The position numbers and the translations under genes are program-made. Shown here piece after piece: positions 47,366-57,496 of a stretch of DNA of 64,000 bases. The first letter of the stretch is position 1, and every line of letters starts with the position of its first letter. The DNA is taken from NCBI GenBank assembly GCA_965652295.1, contig CBFGTS010000012.1, positions 32,001-96,000 on the forward strand, written 5' to 3'. Below the pieces are notes generated by a model. That model saw only the letters and a program-made list of their open reading frames with translations. It was not told the origin of the DNA and searched no databases. This DNA comes from an uncultured Haloferula sp. Its GTDB lineage: Bacteria > Verrucomicrobiota > Verrucomicrobiia > Verrucomicrobiales > Akkermansiaceae.

Positions 47366-48271
47366 CTGAACCCGCCCTGCCCCATCTACCTTTGCGGCCC
47401 CACCGCTTCCGGGAAATCCTCGCTCGCCGCGGCCCTGGCCGCGCGACTGGGAGGCGAGGTCGTGAATGCCGACGCCTTCCAGCTCTACCACGGGCTCGAT
47501 ACGCTGGTCGCCGCGCCTTCCGCCGATGAGCGCGCCGCAGCACCCCATCATCTCTACGGCGTGCTCGATCCCACCGAAACCTGCGATGCGATGCGCTACC
47601 GTCAGCTCGCCCTGCCGGTCATCCGGGAAATCCTCGACCGGGGAAACGTCCCCATCGTCACCGGCGGTTCCGGACTTTACCTGAAATTTCTCACCCACGG
47701 GCCCGACCCGCTGCCGCCGGGCGATCCCGCAATGCGCACCCTGCTCGACGCCCGTCCGCTCGCCGACCTCGTGGCCGAGCTGACCCGTCTCGACCCGGTC
47801 GAAGCCTCGCGCACGAATCTCTCCAACCGCCGCTACGTCTCACGCGCCTTGGAGATCTGCCTCCTCACCGGCAAGCGCTGCTCGGATCTGCGCGAAAGCT
47901 GGACGACCCGCTCGCGCGAAATTGAGACCACCTTGCGCGGCCTCGTCATCCGCCGCCTACGCCCCGACCTCCACCGGCGGATCGACCTGCGCACCCGCCG
48001 GATGCTCAACGGCGGTGCCATCGACGAAGTGGCGGGAACCGAGCTGTCCCCCACCCTATCGAAGGCCATCGGAGTGCCGCAGATCCGAGATTTTCTTGCG
48101 GGAAACATCGACCGCACCCGCTGCGAGGAACTCATCGCCGCCGCCACCCGTCAGTATGCGAAGCGCCAGGAAACCTGGTTCCGCCGGGAAGCCTGGCTGC
48201 ACCCCCTGCCGTGGACGCCCGAAGCCGGACTGCCCGTCGAAGAGGCGATCGGGGTTCTGGAATCCCGCTGA
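47366..48271 (+). CDS. miaA: tRNA dimethylallyltransferase (start uncertain: GTG 47321 or CTG 47366)
   Basis: GPTASGKS, VNADAFQLY.GLD, PHHLYG, GGSGLY, RALEI, AIGV, TRQYAKRQETWFR. Confidence 0.93.
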   Translation: MNPPCPIYLCGPTASGKSSLAAALAARLGGEVVNADAFQLYHGLDTLVAAPSADERAAAPHHLYGVLDPTETCDAMRYRQLALPVIREILDRGNVPIVTGGSGLYLKFLTHGPDPLPPGDPAMRTLLDARPLADLVAELTRLDPVEASRTNLSNRRYVSRALEICLLTGKRCSDLRESWTTRSREIETTLRGLVIRRLRPDLHRRIDLRTRRMLNGGAIDEVAGTELSPTLSKAIGVPQIRDFLAGNIDRTRCEELIAAATRQYAKRQETWFRREAWLHPLPWTPEAGLPVEEAIGVLESR

Positions 48272-48326
48272 ATCCTATGGGGATCAGGTTTTGACCTCGC
48301 GGATCAAAATGCGCACATTCCCTCGC

Positions 48327-48734
48327 ATGCAGCCCGCCCAGTTCGAGAGCGCCGTGGACAATATCCTCCGCCGCGACTCGCGCTTCGACCCCCAAGCCTA
48401 CCTTTTCCTGAAGGACTCGCTCGATTTCACCCTCAAGCGCGCCGCCGAGACCAATTCAGGCCGCGCGCGCCACGTCAGTGGCTCGGAGCTGCTTGAAGGT
48501 TTTCGCGATCTCGCACTGGAGGAATTCGGCCCCATGGCTTCGACCCTGATGGAGCTCTGGGGCCTCACCGAGACCCGCAACGTCGGCGAGATGGTGTTTC
48601 ACCTCATCGAAGAGCAGATGTTCGGCAAGCAAGACTCGGACAACCTCGAGGATTTCGAGGAGGTCTTTGATTTCAAACAAGCGTTCGAGCTGCCCTACCT
48701 GCCGAGAAAACGGCAGGCAGTGAACGCAGGCTGA
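48327..48734 (+). CDS. Verrucomicrobia/Planctomycetes-restricted protein (Minf_1886/TIGR04138-like)
   Basis: D.RF.P.AY.FL...LDFT, HVSG.ELLEG.R.LA..EFGPMA, WG...T..VGEMVF.LI..FGK..D..EDF. Confidence 0.78.
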   Translation: MQPAQFESAVDNILRRDSRFDPQAYLFLKDSLDFTLKRAAETNSGRARHVSGSELLEGFRDLALEEFGPMASTLMELWGLTETRNVGEMVFHLIEEQMFGKQDSDNLEDFEEVFDFKQAFELPYLPRKRQAVNAG

Positions 48735-48738
48735 CGGA

Positions 48739-50553
48739 CTATTTCCCTGCGGCGCGCTTCGAATCGTTCATGAACTCCGTCCGCAGGCGGCTCTTTTGCT
48801 CGTTGCTGATGTCCCGCAGCGTCAGGCTCTTGTCGAACTCCAGCGAGTATTCGTAGCGCAGCGAGGTCGATTTTTCCCCGGATCCCGGCGGCACTTCGAG
48901 GTCCCAGCGGAGAATGCCCTTCGGCTTTTCGAAGCGTTGGTAATCGGCGTCGGTGCTGAGCGGCTGGCTCATCTTCCCCAGTGAAACCCGCAGGCTCGTC
49001 GTGTCCTCCATGAACGGTGTCCGCTCTCGCAGACGCAGGTTCACGGGCTGGTCCTTGTAATTGTCGACCACCACCTCGGCCGTGATCTGCACCTGCCGAT
49101 TGCCGCCTTGCACCGTCTCACGGCGATCGATCAGCGACCGGCGGGCCCGCAGTTGACCATCGACCCCGAAGCCCAGCGTGAACCCGCGGCCGCGGGCGAT
49201 GGTCGGGATGTCCGTCCGGCCGGTGAACTCGCCATCCAAGAAGACGTTCACCTGACCGCCCAGCAAGTCGCGGCTGGTTTGGTTCGAGAGTTCCGCTTCA
49301 CGGAACACCGCGCTGGTCAGGATCGGCACCGCCACATGATAGAAATCCGCCTGCGCTTGGTCGCGCAACACCGGCACCATCTGCGGGTCGCGGCGGCTCA
49401 CCAAGGTCACCGGGTTTCCCAACTCGTAGCGGATGCTCAGGTCCTCGTCCGGTGCGCCTTCGCTGATCAGCCGCAGCTCGCTCATCCGCTCGGACAGCTC
49501 GATAAGCTGCACGCTGGCCGCCGAGTCATTGGCCGCGAAATTGTCCGAAGCGACCTCATCGATCGTCTTGCCGCGCAGCTGGGAAACCATCGCCTCTTTC
49601 TTCTGGGCGATCGCCCGGTTGTAGATGTCCACGTTCGTCCCGATCTGAAGCTGCGGCACCTGGGAGCCGTCGTTGACGCCGACATAGAGCGGCGTCAGCC
49701 GCGGGTTGTAGGCGCTCGTTTTCGGCGAAGCCGTGGAGAGCGCGAGCAAGGCGTTGTTCCAATCCTCACCGCTGACCTGATGGATCATCGCATTGAACTC
49801 GATCTCGATTCCCCCGGTCTGTGAATCGCCCCGGAAATTGTAGACCGGCATCCAGCCGCAGTCCTTGACCAGATAGTTGAGCTGCAATGCCGCGCCGTCG
49901 CCGTCCGGATCGTCGAGGTAAACGATCGCATCGTAGGTGGTCGGCGGGCCGGCGGCCAGTTTAGCCCGCTCCTGTTCCAATTTACCGAGCTGCACCCGGT
50001 CATCCTCGATCTGGAAGTCGAGCCGCATGATCTCCTGCGAGGCTTTTTCGTATTCACGGAAATGCATCTGGGTCACCGCCTCAAGTTCCTTGGCCTGCAG
50101 AACCCCATGGGTCATTTCCTGGGTCGCGGCCGGTGCCACGAAATTCTCCAGGCCCCGCAGGTAATCCTGCCGGATCCGCCGCAGGGCGATCTCGTTGCGG
50201 TCGTTGGCGATCTTGTTTTTCAACCCGCGGATCGCCTGGTCGAGCTCTCCGACTTTCCCCGCCAGCACATCGGCCTCTTCCGGCGGTCGGCTTCGACAGG
50301 CCACCGAACGCACCACCGCACCCTCGACCCGATCGGCGAAGACCGAGGCGGGATCGGTAGCCGCCGGCAGCGGCCCGATCACCACCTCATAGGTTCCCTG
50401 CTGACCGTCAGGCAATGCGACCGCACGCGTCACCAACGCGGTTCCTTGGTAGAGGGTGACCTCCCCGATCTCTCCGGCGAACCGCGCCACCTCCTGGGCG
50501 AAACACAACCCGCCCGGAATCAGGGCAGCCGATAGCATCAAAGTCGTTTTCAT
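48739..50553 (-). CDS. DUF4140/DUF4139 (MuiA-like) exported protein
   Basis: Signal peptide, VTLY...ALVTR, coiled coil, W.P.Y, Q.SGEDW..L.LST..P, LGFGVD, GILRW. Confidence 0.82.
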   Translation of the reverse strand: MKTTLMLSAALIPGGLCFAQEVARFAGEIGEVTLYQGTALVTRAVALPDGQQGTYEVVIGPLPAATDPASVFADRVEGAVVRSVACRSRPPEEADVLAGKVGELDQAIRGLKNKIANDRNEIALRRIRQDYLRGLENFVAPAATQEMTHGVLQAKELEAVTQMHFREYEKASQEIMRLDFQIEDDRVQLGKLEQERAKLAAGPPTTYDAIVYLDDPDGDGAALQLNYLVKDCGWMPVYNFRGDSQTGGIEIEFNAMIHQVSGEDWNNALLALSTASPKTSAYNPRLTPLYVGVNDGSQVPQLQIGTNVDIYNRAIAQKKEAMVSQLRGKTIDEVASDNFAANDSAASVQLIELSERMSELRLISEGAPDEDLSIRYELGNPVTLVSRRDPQMVPVLRDQAQADFYHVAVPILTSAVFREAELSNQTSRDLLGGQVNVFLDGEFTGRTDIPTIARGRGFTLGFGVDGQLRARRSLIDRRETVQGGNRQVQITAEVVVDNYKDQPVNLRLRERTPFMEDTTSLRVSLGKMSQPLSTDADYQRFEKPKGILRWDLEVPPGSGEKSTSLRYEYSLEFDKSLTLRDISNEQKSRLRTEFMNDSKRAAGK

Positions 50554-50634
50554 GGATTCAGACAGGCAACACGCCTGAAGCCATAAGCGCCGACTGCGCG
50601 AAATTTCGTGCAAATGCTCTGCGAGACGTCGCGC

Positions 50635-51894
50635 CTATCTCACCAGCCCCTCGCCGCGGACCCGGTATTGGTAGCTGGTCAGTTCGCGGAGCCCCATCGG
50701 GCCGCGGGCGTGGAGTTTTTCGGTGGAAATCCCGATCTCCGCGCCGAAGCCGAACTCGCCACCGTCGGCGAAACGCGTGGAGACGTTGTGGAAGACGCAG
50801 GCGGAGTCGACCGCGGAAAGGAACTTCTCCGCCGCCGCCTGGTCGGCGGTGACGATGCAGTCGGAGTGATGCGAACCGTAGGTGTTGATGTGAGCCACCG
50901 CGTCGTCGAGTGAATCGACGACTTTGATCGAGAGGATCAGGTCGAGGTATTCGGTCACCCAGTCCTCATCGGTCGCGGGTTCGCAGTCGAGGATCGCGCG
51001 GGTCCGCTCGCAGCCACGCAGTTCGACGCCCTTCGCCCGCAGGGCCTCGGCCACCTTCGGCAGGAACGTTTCCGCGACGGACCGGTGGACCAGCAGGGTT
51101 TCCAGCGCGTTGCAGACGCCGGGTTTGTGGGTCTTGGCGTTGACGGTGATCTCGACCCCCATGTCGGGATCGGCGGCGGCATCGATGTAGGTGTGGCAGA
51201 TGCCGTCGTAGTGCTTGATGACCGGCATGCGGGCCTGGGCGACGACCGTCTCGATCAGCCCGCGACCGCCGCGGGGGATGATGACATCGAGCCATTTGTC
51301 CATGGCGCACAGCGCCGAAACGCTGGAGCGGTCGGTGAACGGAATGAGCTGGATGGCGTGCTCGGGCAACCCGGCCGCTTCGCCGGCCTTGGTCAGCACT
51401 TCGGCGATCGCCCGGTTGGAATGGATCGCCTCCGAGCCGCCGCGGAGGATGGTCGCGTTGCCGGTCTTGAGGCAGAGCACGGCAGCATCGCTGGTGACGT
51501 TGGGGCGGCTCTCGTAGATGATCCCGATGGTGCCGATGGGCACGCGGACCTGTTCAAGGCGCATGCCGTTCGGGCGGGTCCAGGTTTCCATGACCTGGCC
51601 GACGGGATCGGCCAGCGCGGCCACCTCGGCCACACCCGCGGCCATGGCTTCGATGCGTTTCTCGTCGAGCCGCAACCGGTCGATCATCGCGCCGCTGAGG
51701 CCCTTCGCTGCGGCGGCTTCGAGGTCCTTCGCGTTCGCTTCGATCAGCTCGGGGACAGCCGCGCGGATCCCCTCGGCCATCGCCAGGAGAACGGCGTTCT
51801 TTTCCTCGCTGGTGAGCTGGGAAAGGCGGTAGGACGCGGCCCGCGCCTGGCGGGCCAGAATTTCGATGGAGGAGCGGATCTCTTCTTCGTTCAT
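50635..51894 (-). CDS. proA: Gamma-glutamyl phosphate reductase
   Basis: IIYESRPNVT, LRGGSEA, PRGG, VCNALETLL, STRFADG.EFG.GAEIGIST.KLHARGPMGL. Confidence 0.97.
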   Translation of the reverse strand: MNEEEIRSSIEILARQARAASYRLSQLTSEEKNAVLLAMAEGIRAAVPELIEANAKDLEAAAAKGLSGAMIDRLRLDEKRIEAMAAGVAEVAALADPVGQVMETWTRPNGMRLEQVRVPIGTIGIIYESRPNVTSDAAVLCLKTGNATILRGGSEAIHSNRAIAEVLTKAGEAAGLPEHAIQLIPFTDRSSVSALCAMDKWLDVIIPRGGRGLIETVVAQARMPVIKHYDGICHTYIDAAADPDMGVEITVNAKTHKPGVCNALETLLVHRSVAETFLPKVAEALRAKGVELRGCERTRAILDCEPATDEDWVTEYLDLILSIKVVDSLDDAVAHINTYGSHHSDCIVTADQAAAEKFLSAVDSACVFHNVSTRFADGGEFGFGAEIGISTEKLHARGPMGLRELTSYQYRVRGEGLVR

Positions 51895-52655
51895 GCTTGG
51901 ACGGGGAAGCGGGTGGAAATGCCGGACTCGCCCGCGAGGATGCCGGCCAGCCGTTCGGGTTTGCGACCGTGGGCGATGTGGACCTCGATCCCGGCGGCCA
52001 CCGCGCCGCGCACGGCGGCGAGCTTGGTGGCCATGCCGCCGATGGAAAACCGGCCCTTCTCGTTTTTCACCATCGACTCGATCCCCTCCAGCTCGCGCAC
52101 TTCCGGAACCAGTTCGTTGGTCGCGGGATCGAGCAGGCCATCGACGCTGGTCAACAGGATCAACCGGTCGGCACCGACCAACTGCGCGACGCTTGAGGAA
52201 AGCATGTCGTTGTCGCCGACGCGCAGCTCTTCGACGGCGACGGAGTCGTTTTCATTGATGATCGGAACGATACCCGGCTCGGAAAGCAGGCGCGCGAGCG
52301 TGTTCTTGACGTTGGCGGCACGCTCGGTGCCGTTGAGGTCATCGCCGGAAAGCAGGACTTGGGCGACGGACAGGTTGAAGTTCCGGAACAGGTTCTCGTA
52401 AGTGTGCATCAGCCGGGCCTGGCCGACGGCTGCGCAAGCCTGACGGGTCGTCAGGTCGGAAGGATAAGCGCCCAGCCCGAAGGCGGAGACGCCCGCCCCC
52501 ACCGCGCCGGAGCTGACCAACAGACAGCGGCTGCCCTGTTCCATCAACCCGGCGATCGCGGTGACCAGCCGGACCAGCGAGCCGCCATCCAGCGTGCCAT
52601 CGCTGACGCGGGTGAGGACTCCGGTGCCTGCCTTGATGACGGTGAGCGAGTTCAT
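51891..52655 (-). CDS. proB: Glutamate 5-kinase (no PUA domain)
   Basis: IKAGT, VSSGAVGAG, AAVGQ, PIINENDSV, GDND.LS, GGM.TKL.A. Confidence 0.95.
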   Translation of the reverse strand: MNSLTVIKAGTGVLTRVSDGTLDGGSLVRLVTAIAGLMEQGSRCLLVSSGAVGAGVSAFGLGAYPSDLTTRQACAAVGQARLMHTYENLFRNFNLSVAQVLLSGDDLNGTERAANVKNTLARLLSEPGIVPIINENDSVAVEELRVGDNDMLSSSVAQLVGADRLILLTSVDGLLDPATNELVPEVRELEGIESMVKNEKGRFSIGGMATKLAAVRGAVAAGIEVHIAHGRKPERLAGILAGESGISTRFPVQA

Positions 52656-52767
52656 GTCGGGAAGAGGAGAAAGGGGCGGCAGGAAACACCCGACCGCCCC
52701 CATCCGCCAACGCAATTCTTAGCAGCCCCGGCTTGCCCGGCACGCGCTCCGGTCCTAAACGCGCGGC

Positions 52768-53205
52768 ATGGCCACATTTCCACCACGCGGCGACAAGAAG
52801 GAGATCGAGGAAGGCGGCGACTTCACCCCGAAGTTTGATGCCGACGGGCTCATTCCCGCCATGGCGATTGATGCGACGACCCGCGAGCCGCTGATGCTCG
52901 CCTACATGAACGAGCAGTCCCTCAAACTGACCCTGGAGAAGGGCGAGGCCGTCTATTGGTCCCGCAGCCGCCAGGAAATCTGGCACAAGGGCGCGACCTC
53001 GGGGCATGTGCAGAAGATCCGCGAAATCCGCACCGACTGCGATCAGGATGCGCTGGTTCTCTACGTCGAGCAGTTCGGCGAGGGTGCCTGCCACACCGGC
53101 CGCAGCGGCTGCTTTTACCGCCGCGTCGACACCCCGGAAACCAAACTCTCCTTCACCGAAGAAGGCCGCCGTTTCGACCCGGACGCGGTTTACGGGAAGA
53201 AGTGA
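52768..53205 (+). CDS. hisI: Phosphoribosyl-AMP cyclohydrolase
   Basis: LMLAYMN, YWSRSRQEIW.KG.TSG, DCDQD, ACHTG..GCF. Confidence 0.95.
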   Translation: MATFPPRGDKKEIEEGGDFTPKFDADGLIPAMAIDATTREPLMLAYMNEQSLKLTLEKGEAVYWSRSRQEIWHKGATSGHVQKIREIRTDCDQDALVLYVEQFGEGACHTGRSGCFYRRVDTPETKLSFTEEGRRFDPDAVYGKK

Positions 53206-53250
53206 CGGAGCCCCCAGAACCCAGGGAGCAGGATGCACGGGACGCATGTC

Positions 53251-53274
53251 TAGAGCGCGGCGATTCATCGCCGC
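53251..53274 (+). repeat. REP-like palindrome
   Basis: TAGAGC followed by perfect hairpin GCGGCGAT-TC-ATCGCCGC, no U tail. Confidence 0.4.
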
Positions 53275-53463
53275 CGCCCAAATGCCGATTCCATCGATCC
53301 AAAATATCCCATCCATCCCGGTTCCGCTTCCTTTACAGCCCGCCAGTTCTGAGGAAATTTCACTCAATTTCGCGATTGCAAACGCGGGAGCGTTCCTCTA
53401 GTTCTCCCGCCCCTCGCGCCGGGCAGGCGCCAGATCACCATTTTTCAAGACAGGAGGACCGCC

Positions 53464-53808
53464 ATGGACATCATCAGCAAGATCGAGCAGGAGCAGCTTA
53501 AGCAGGACGTCACCGACTTCAACGTGGGCGACACCGTGAAGGTCCACACCCGCGTCGTGGAAGGCGGCAAGGAACGCATCCAGATCTTCGCCGGCATCGT
53601 GATCGCCAAGCGTGGCTCGGGCGTGAACGCCTCCTTCACCGTCCGCAAGATTTCCTACGGCGAAGGCGTCGAGCGCGTGTTCCCGGTCCACACCCCGCGC
53701 ATCTCCAAGATCGAGGTGACTCATAAAGGCAAGGTCCGCCGCGCCAAGCTCCACTACCTCCGCACCCGCGTCGGCAAAAAGGCCACCGCGGTCAAGAGCG
53801 CCAGCTGA
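53464..53808 (+). CDS. rplS: 50S ribosomal protein L19
   Basis: [56 protein letters not shown] upstream. Confidence 0.98.
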   Translation: MDIISKIEQEQLKQDVTDFNVGDTVKVHTRVVEGGKERIQIFAGIVIAKRGSGVNASFTVRKISYGEGVERVFPVHTPRISKIEVTHKGKVRRAKLHYLRTRVGKKATAVKSAS

Positions 53809-53832
53809 TCCCGGCCGGTTCTGATTTTCCCC

Positions 53833-53866
53833 AGCGCGCCAACGGTCCGTCCGTTGGCGCGCTTTT
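53833..53866 (+). terminator. Rho-independent terminator after rplS
   Basis: AGCGCGCCAACGG-TCCGT-CCGTTGGCGCGCT followed by TTT. Confidence 0.88.
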
Positions 53867-53923
53867 CATTTTCCCCGCTGCAATCTGCTTGGCGATCGCG
53901 GGGGGCTCGCGAATGCTCCGCGC

Positions 53924-54850
53924 GTGCGCCGGATTCCCCTATGGATCGTCCTTCTCCTCAGCACCGCCGTGGTGGCGGGAGTCTGGTTTGCAGGCACGAG
54001 GCCATATGATTTCCTCGCTCCTCCGACGGAAAAGGAAATCGCCCGCGCCAAGGCCAGGGCCACACAGGAAATGGCCCGCCCGTCCGACCTCTTCGCGCTG
54101 CCCCCGGTGATTCCCGAGCCGGTGGTTCAGGAGGAACCCGAGTCTCCCGTGGCCCCCGAGCCCCCACCGCCGCCCAGCCTACCGCTCGACGACCTGCCCG
54201 ATCCTCTGCCTCAGGATTTCTGGGCGGACCTGTCCGACTACCCTGCCGTTTCCTTCCTCCTTGCCGGCGGGCAGCTCGAAGTGAAGACCCGGGCCCGCGA
54301 GGCGCTCACGGCCTACGAGCGGGTCATCGACCATTCCTCCGCTTCCGAGGAGGAGATCGAGACGGCAGTCAAAGGCATCCGCCGCAACCGGGCTCTGATC
54401 GCCATCCCTGCGGAGGCGACCGAGGACGCGCCAAAGGTGAAGCTCCGCGTGCGCACGCCTCCCGGGCAGGTCGACGTCACCCGCCGGGCCGCCCGCCTCA
54501 CCGCGGAGTCGCTCGCCCAAGCGTCGTTCCGCCAACTTCGTTTCGAGGCCTGGATCACCGCCGATCGCGGAAAACAAGACCACCTCACCCTTATTCTGGA
54601 GCGTCCCGACGAAGAGGAACCCGCCTCGGCCGAGATCCCCGTGACAGGTGATGTCGAAGCGCTCCGCCACGCGATGCTGGCCGCCTCCTACCGGATCGTT
54701 GCCTCCGCACTCGCGCTCGACTCCCGCCTGAGCCCGATCTCTCAACCGGCGGAAGGCGAGCCGCCCGACGATTCCCTCTCCACCCGGATCACCCGGCGGG
54801 CATGGTCGCATTACGCGTCCGGCGGAAAGCCTGAACCGGAGAATCCCTGA
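53924..54850 (+). CDS. Hypothetical membrane-anchored protein with a Pro-rich linker
   Basis: N-terminal TM, PEPPPPP linker, host-like codon usage, promoter-like element 6 nt upstream of GTG. Confidence 0.65.
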   Translation: MRRIPLWIVLLLSTAVVAGVWFAGTRPYDFLAPPTEKEIARAKARATQEMARPSDLFALPPVIPEPVVQEEPESPVAPEPPPPPSLPLDDLPDPLPQDFWADLSDYPAVSFLLAGGQLEVKTRAREALTAYERVIDHSSASEEEIETAVKGIRRNRALIAIPAEATEDAPKVKLRVRTPPGQVDVTRRAARLTAESLAQASFRQLRFEAWITADRGKQDHLTLILERPDEEEPASAEIPVTGDVEALRHAMLAASYRIVASALALDSRLSPISQPAEGEPPDDSLSTRITRRAWSHYASGGKPEPENP

Positions 54851-54908
54851 GATTCCTCAAAGAGTCCGCTGGACGGAAACGTTGAGGTGTCGTTCGGTCA
54901 AACGCGTG

Positions 54909-55652
54909 ATGAAACCCGGCTTGTTGCTGATCCTCCCCCTCTGGACCACTCTCCCGCTCGCGGCGGAAGGGCCGGATCGCGCACCGGTCGAACCCACCAC
55001 CCTGCCGGCACCCGATCAAGCCGTCGCCCCTACCGAGCCCGCCTTGGAAAAACTCGACGACGGGCGGATGCGACTCGGCAAGATCGAGTTCAATCCCAAA
55101 ACCCGTGAGATCCGTTTCCCGGCCCGGATCAACCAGACCGAAGGCCTGCTGGAGTTCCTCCTCGTCCATGAGAACGGCAAGATCCACGAATCGCTCCTGG
55201 CCACCGACATTTCCGCAGTGAACCTGAACGTCGTGCTCAAGCTTCTGCACTACAAGGCGTCGCGTGAACTCTATCAAAAGATCAAGGAGGACGGCAGCCT
55301 CTCCTCCGAGTTCGAACCGACGACTGAAGAAGCCAAAACGGGCTCGCGGCTGAAAGTGCTCGTCTCCAAAGACGACTCGAAGGCGGTCCCGGTGAACGAG
55401 TGGATTTCCCATGCTCCAACCGAGAAACCCATGCCGGCCGCCCCATGGATTTACGGAGGCTCATCCTTCAACCAAGGCCGCTTCCTCGCCGAGAGTTCCG
55501 GCGACCTCTTCGCCATCTTCCTCAGCAACTCCGCGCTGGTGAACTTTTCCGGCAAGGACAACCAGGACGACAACGTCTGGTTGCCCCACCCCACCCGCGT
55601 GCCCGAAGTCGGCGCGCCGGTCACCGTCATCCTTCAACCCTACGATCCATGA
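54909..55652 (+). CDS. YdjY-domain exported protein
   Basis: Signal peptide; LEFLLV...GK.HESLL.TD, W.YGGS, G.L.AIF, P.VG.PV.V. Confidence 0.65.
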   Translation: MKPGLLLILPLWTTLPLAAEGPDRAPVEPTTLPAPDQAVAPTEPALEKLDDGRMRLGKIEFNPKTREIRFPARINQTEGLLEFLLVHENGKIHESLLATDISAVNLNVVLKLLHYKASRELYQKIKEDGSLSSEFEPTTEEAKTGSRLKVLVSKDDSKAVPVNEWISHAPTEKPMPAAPWIYGGSSFNQGRFLAESSGDLFAIFLSNSALVNFSGKDNQDDNVWLPHPTRVPEVGAPVTVILQPYDP

Positions 55653-56806
55653 AAACCCTGCTCGCCACCGCCCTCGTCGCCGTCGCCGTGCCCGTCCTCG
55701 CCCAGGACGCGCGGCCGAATCCCTACCTTTCCCTCCAGCAGGAGATGAAGCTGGCCATTTCCCGCGGCAACGATTGGCTGGCCAAACAGCAGAAAGAGGA
55801 GGGCTGGTGGGACACCCAGGATCTCCCGGCCCTCACCGCGCTCCCGCTCACGGCCGCCGTCCGCGATCCCTCGCTCGATCTCTCCAAAGAACTGCCCGAG
55901 CACCTCGCGAAAGGCTTCGAGTGGCTCAAGGCGCAGCAGAAAGACGACGGAGGCATCTACAACAAAGGGCTCGGCGTCTACAACACCGCCACGGCCGTCA
56001 CCGCTCTCACCGCCGCCGAACGCGAGATCTACGAGCCCGCCATCGTCCGCGGCCGCGGGTACTTGATCGGAGAACAGTGGGACATCGGCAAGCCAAAGGA
56101 AACCGACAACAAGAACGATGGCGGCATCGGCTACGGGTCTCACAACGACCGCACCGATCTTTCCAACACCTACCTCGCCCTTGAGGCGCTCGCACTCTCG
56201 AAAAAGGTCGTGGAAGACGGTCGGTTCGGCGATCAACCCCAACTCGATTGGGACGCGGCCATCACTTTCCTTTCCCGCTGCCAGAATCTGGAGGAAACCA
56301 ACGACCAGGAGTGGGCCTCCGACGATCCACAGAACAAGGGCGGCTTCATCTACACGCCGGGCGATTCCAAGGCGGGCGAGATGGAGCTTCCCGACGGACG
56401 CACCGCACTGCGCTCTTACGGCTCCATCTCCTATGCCGGGCTGCTTTCCCTCATCTACGCCAAGCTCGAGCCATCCGATCCGCGCGTGAAAGCCGTCAAG
56501 GAATGGGCCGGCAAGAACTGGACGCTTGAGGAAAACCCCGGCATGGGCTTGGAAGGTCTCTACTACTATTACCAAGCCATGGCCAAGGCGCTCTCCGCGG
56601 CAAACATCGACAAGCTCCCGCTCGAGGACGGCGGCGCGGTCGATTGGCGCAAGGAACTCGCCGGCAAGCTACTCGCCACCCAGCGCGAGGACGGATCGTG
56701 GGTGAATTCCAACGGCCGCTGGATGGAATCGAATCCCGTGCTCGTCACCGCCTACACCGTCATGGCGCTGGAACAGATCTACCACTCGATCCCCGGCAAA
56801 CCCTGA
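55649..56806 (+). CDS. Exported prenyltransferase/squalene-cyclase repeat (alpha/alpha toroid) protein
   Basis: Signal peptide; QW-type repeats WLAKQQKEEGWW, WLKAQQKDDGGI, FLSRCQ, LLATQREDGSW. Confidence 0.8.
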   Translation: MKTLLATALVAVAVPVLAQDARPNPYLSLQQEMKLAISRGNDWLAKQQKEEGWWDTQDLPALTALPLTAAVRDPSLDLSKELPEHLAKGFEWLKAQQKDDGGIYNKGLGVYNTATAVTALTAAEREIYEPAIVRGRGYLIGEQWDIGKPKETDNKNDGGIGYGSHNDRTDLSNTYLALEALALSKKVVEDGRFGDQPQLDWDAAITFLSRCQNLEETNDQEWASDDPQNKGGFIYTPGDSKAGEMELPDGRTALRSYGSISYAGLLSLIYAKLEPSDPRVKAVKEWAGKNWTLEENPGMGLEGLYYYYQAMAKALSAANIDKLPLEDGGAVDWRKELAGKLLATQREDGSWVNSNGRWMESNPVLVTAYTVMALEQIYHSIPGKP

Positions 56807-56871
56807 GCCGCGCCCCCGCGCTCTAGCAGATCGGCGCTCGCGTTTCGCGCCGCGTGAGGCATCTTGAGGGC

Positions 56872-57456
56872 ATGACCTTCGCCAGCAAGATCACCCTCGG
56901 CCGCATCGCCCTGGTGCCGGTGTTTGCGGTGTTCGTGGCGAAATACGGGCTCAGCGTCGCCGCCGGAGCCCCCGTGGAAGCCTGGCGGTGGACCGCTCTC
57001 GGCCTCTTCATTTTCGCAGCCGGAACCGATGGCGTGGATGGATGGGTGGCGCGGCGTTTCCATCAGCGCTCGAAATTCGGTGCCTTCATCGACCCGCTGG
57101 CGGACAAGTTCCTGCTCATCACCGCCATCGTTTTCCTCAGCGCCTTCCCGTGGGGACGGGATGACTGGCGCATCCCCGTCTGGTTCGCCTGGCTGGTGAT
57201 CCTGCGGGACGCCCTGATCGTCCTCGGCATCATCCTGGTGAAACGCGTGGCCCGCCACGTCCACTACTCCCCGCGCTGGACCGGCAAGGTCTGCACCGTG
57301 ACCCAGATGATCGCCGTCGGCTGGGTCATGCTCAAGGTGAAGCTGCTGCCGCCCGACTATCCCTGTGCGCTCGCCGCGGTTTTCACCGTCTGGTCCGGCT
57401 ACCACTACTTTCTGGAAGCCCGGCGGCAGATGCTCGCCGCGGGAAACACCGGCTAA
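56872..57456 (+). CDS. CDP-alcohol phosphatidyltransferase (PgsA-like)
   Basis: ITLGRIALVP, TDGVDGWVARRF.Q.SKFGAFIDPLADK, ILRD, GKVCT..Q. Confidence 0.88.
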   Translation: MTFASKITLGRIALVPVFAVFVAKYGLSVAAGAPVEAWRWTALGLFIFAAGTDGVDGWVARRFHQRSKFGAFIDPLADKFLLITAIVFLSAFPWGRDDWRIPVWFAWLVILRDALIVLGIILVKRVARHVHYSPRWTGKVCTVTQMIAVGWVMLKVKLLPPDYPCALAAVFTVWSGYHYFLEARRQMLAAGNTG

Positions 57457-57496
57457 TCCCCTTGCCGTCCTCGTCGCCCTCGCCTAAGCCCCGTCC

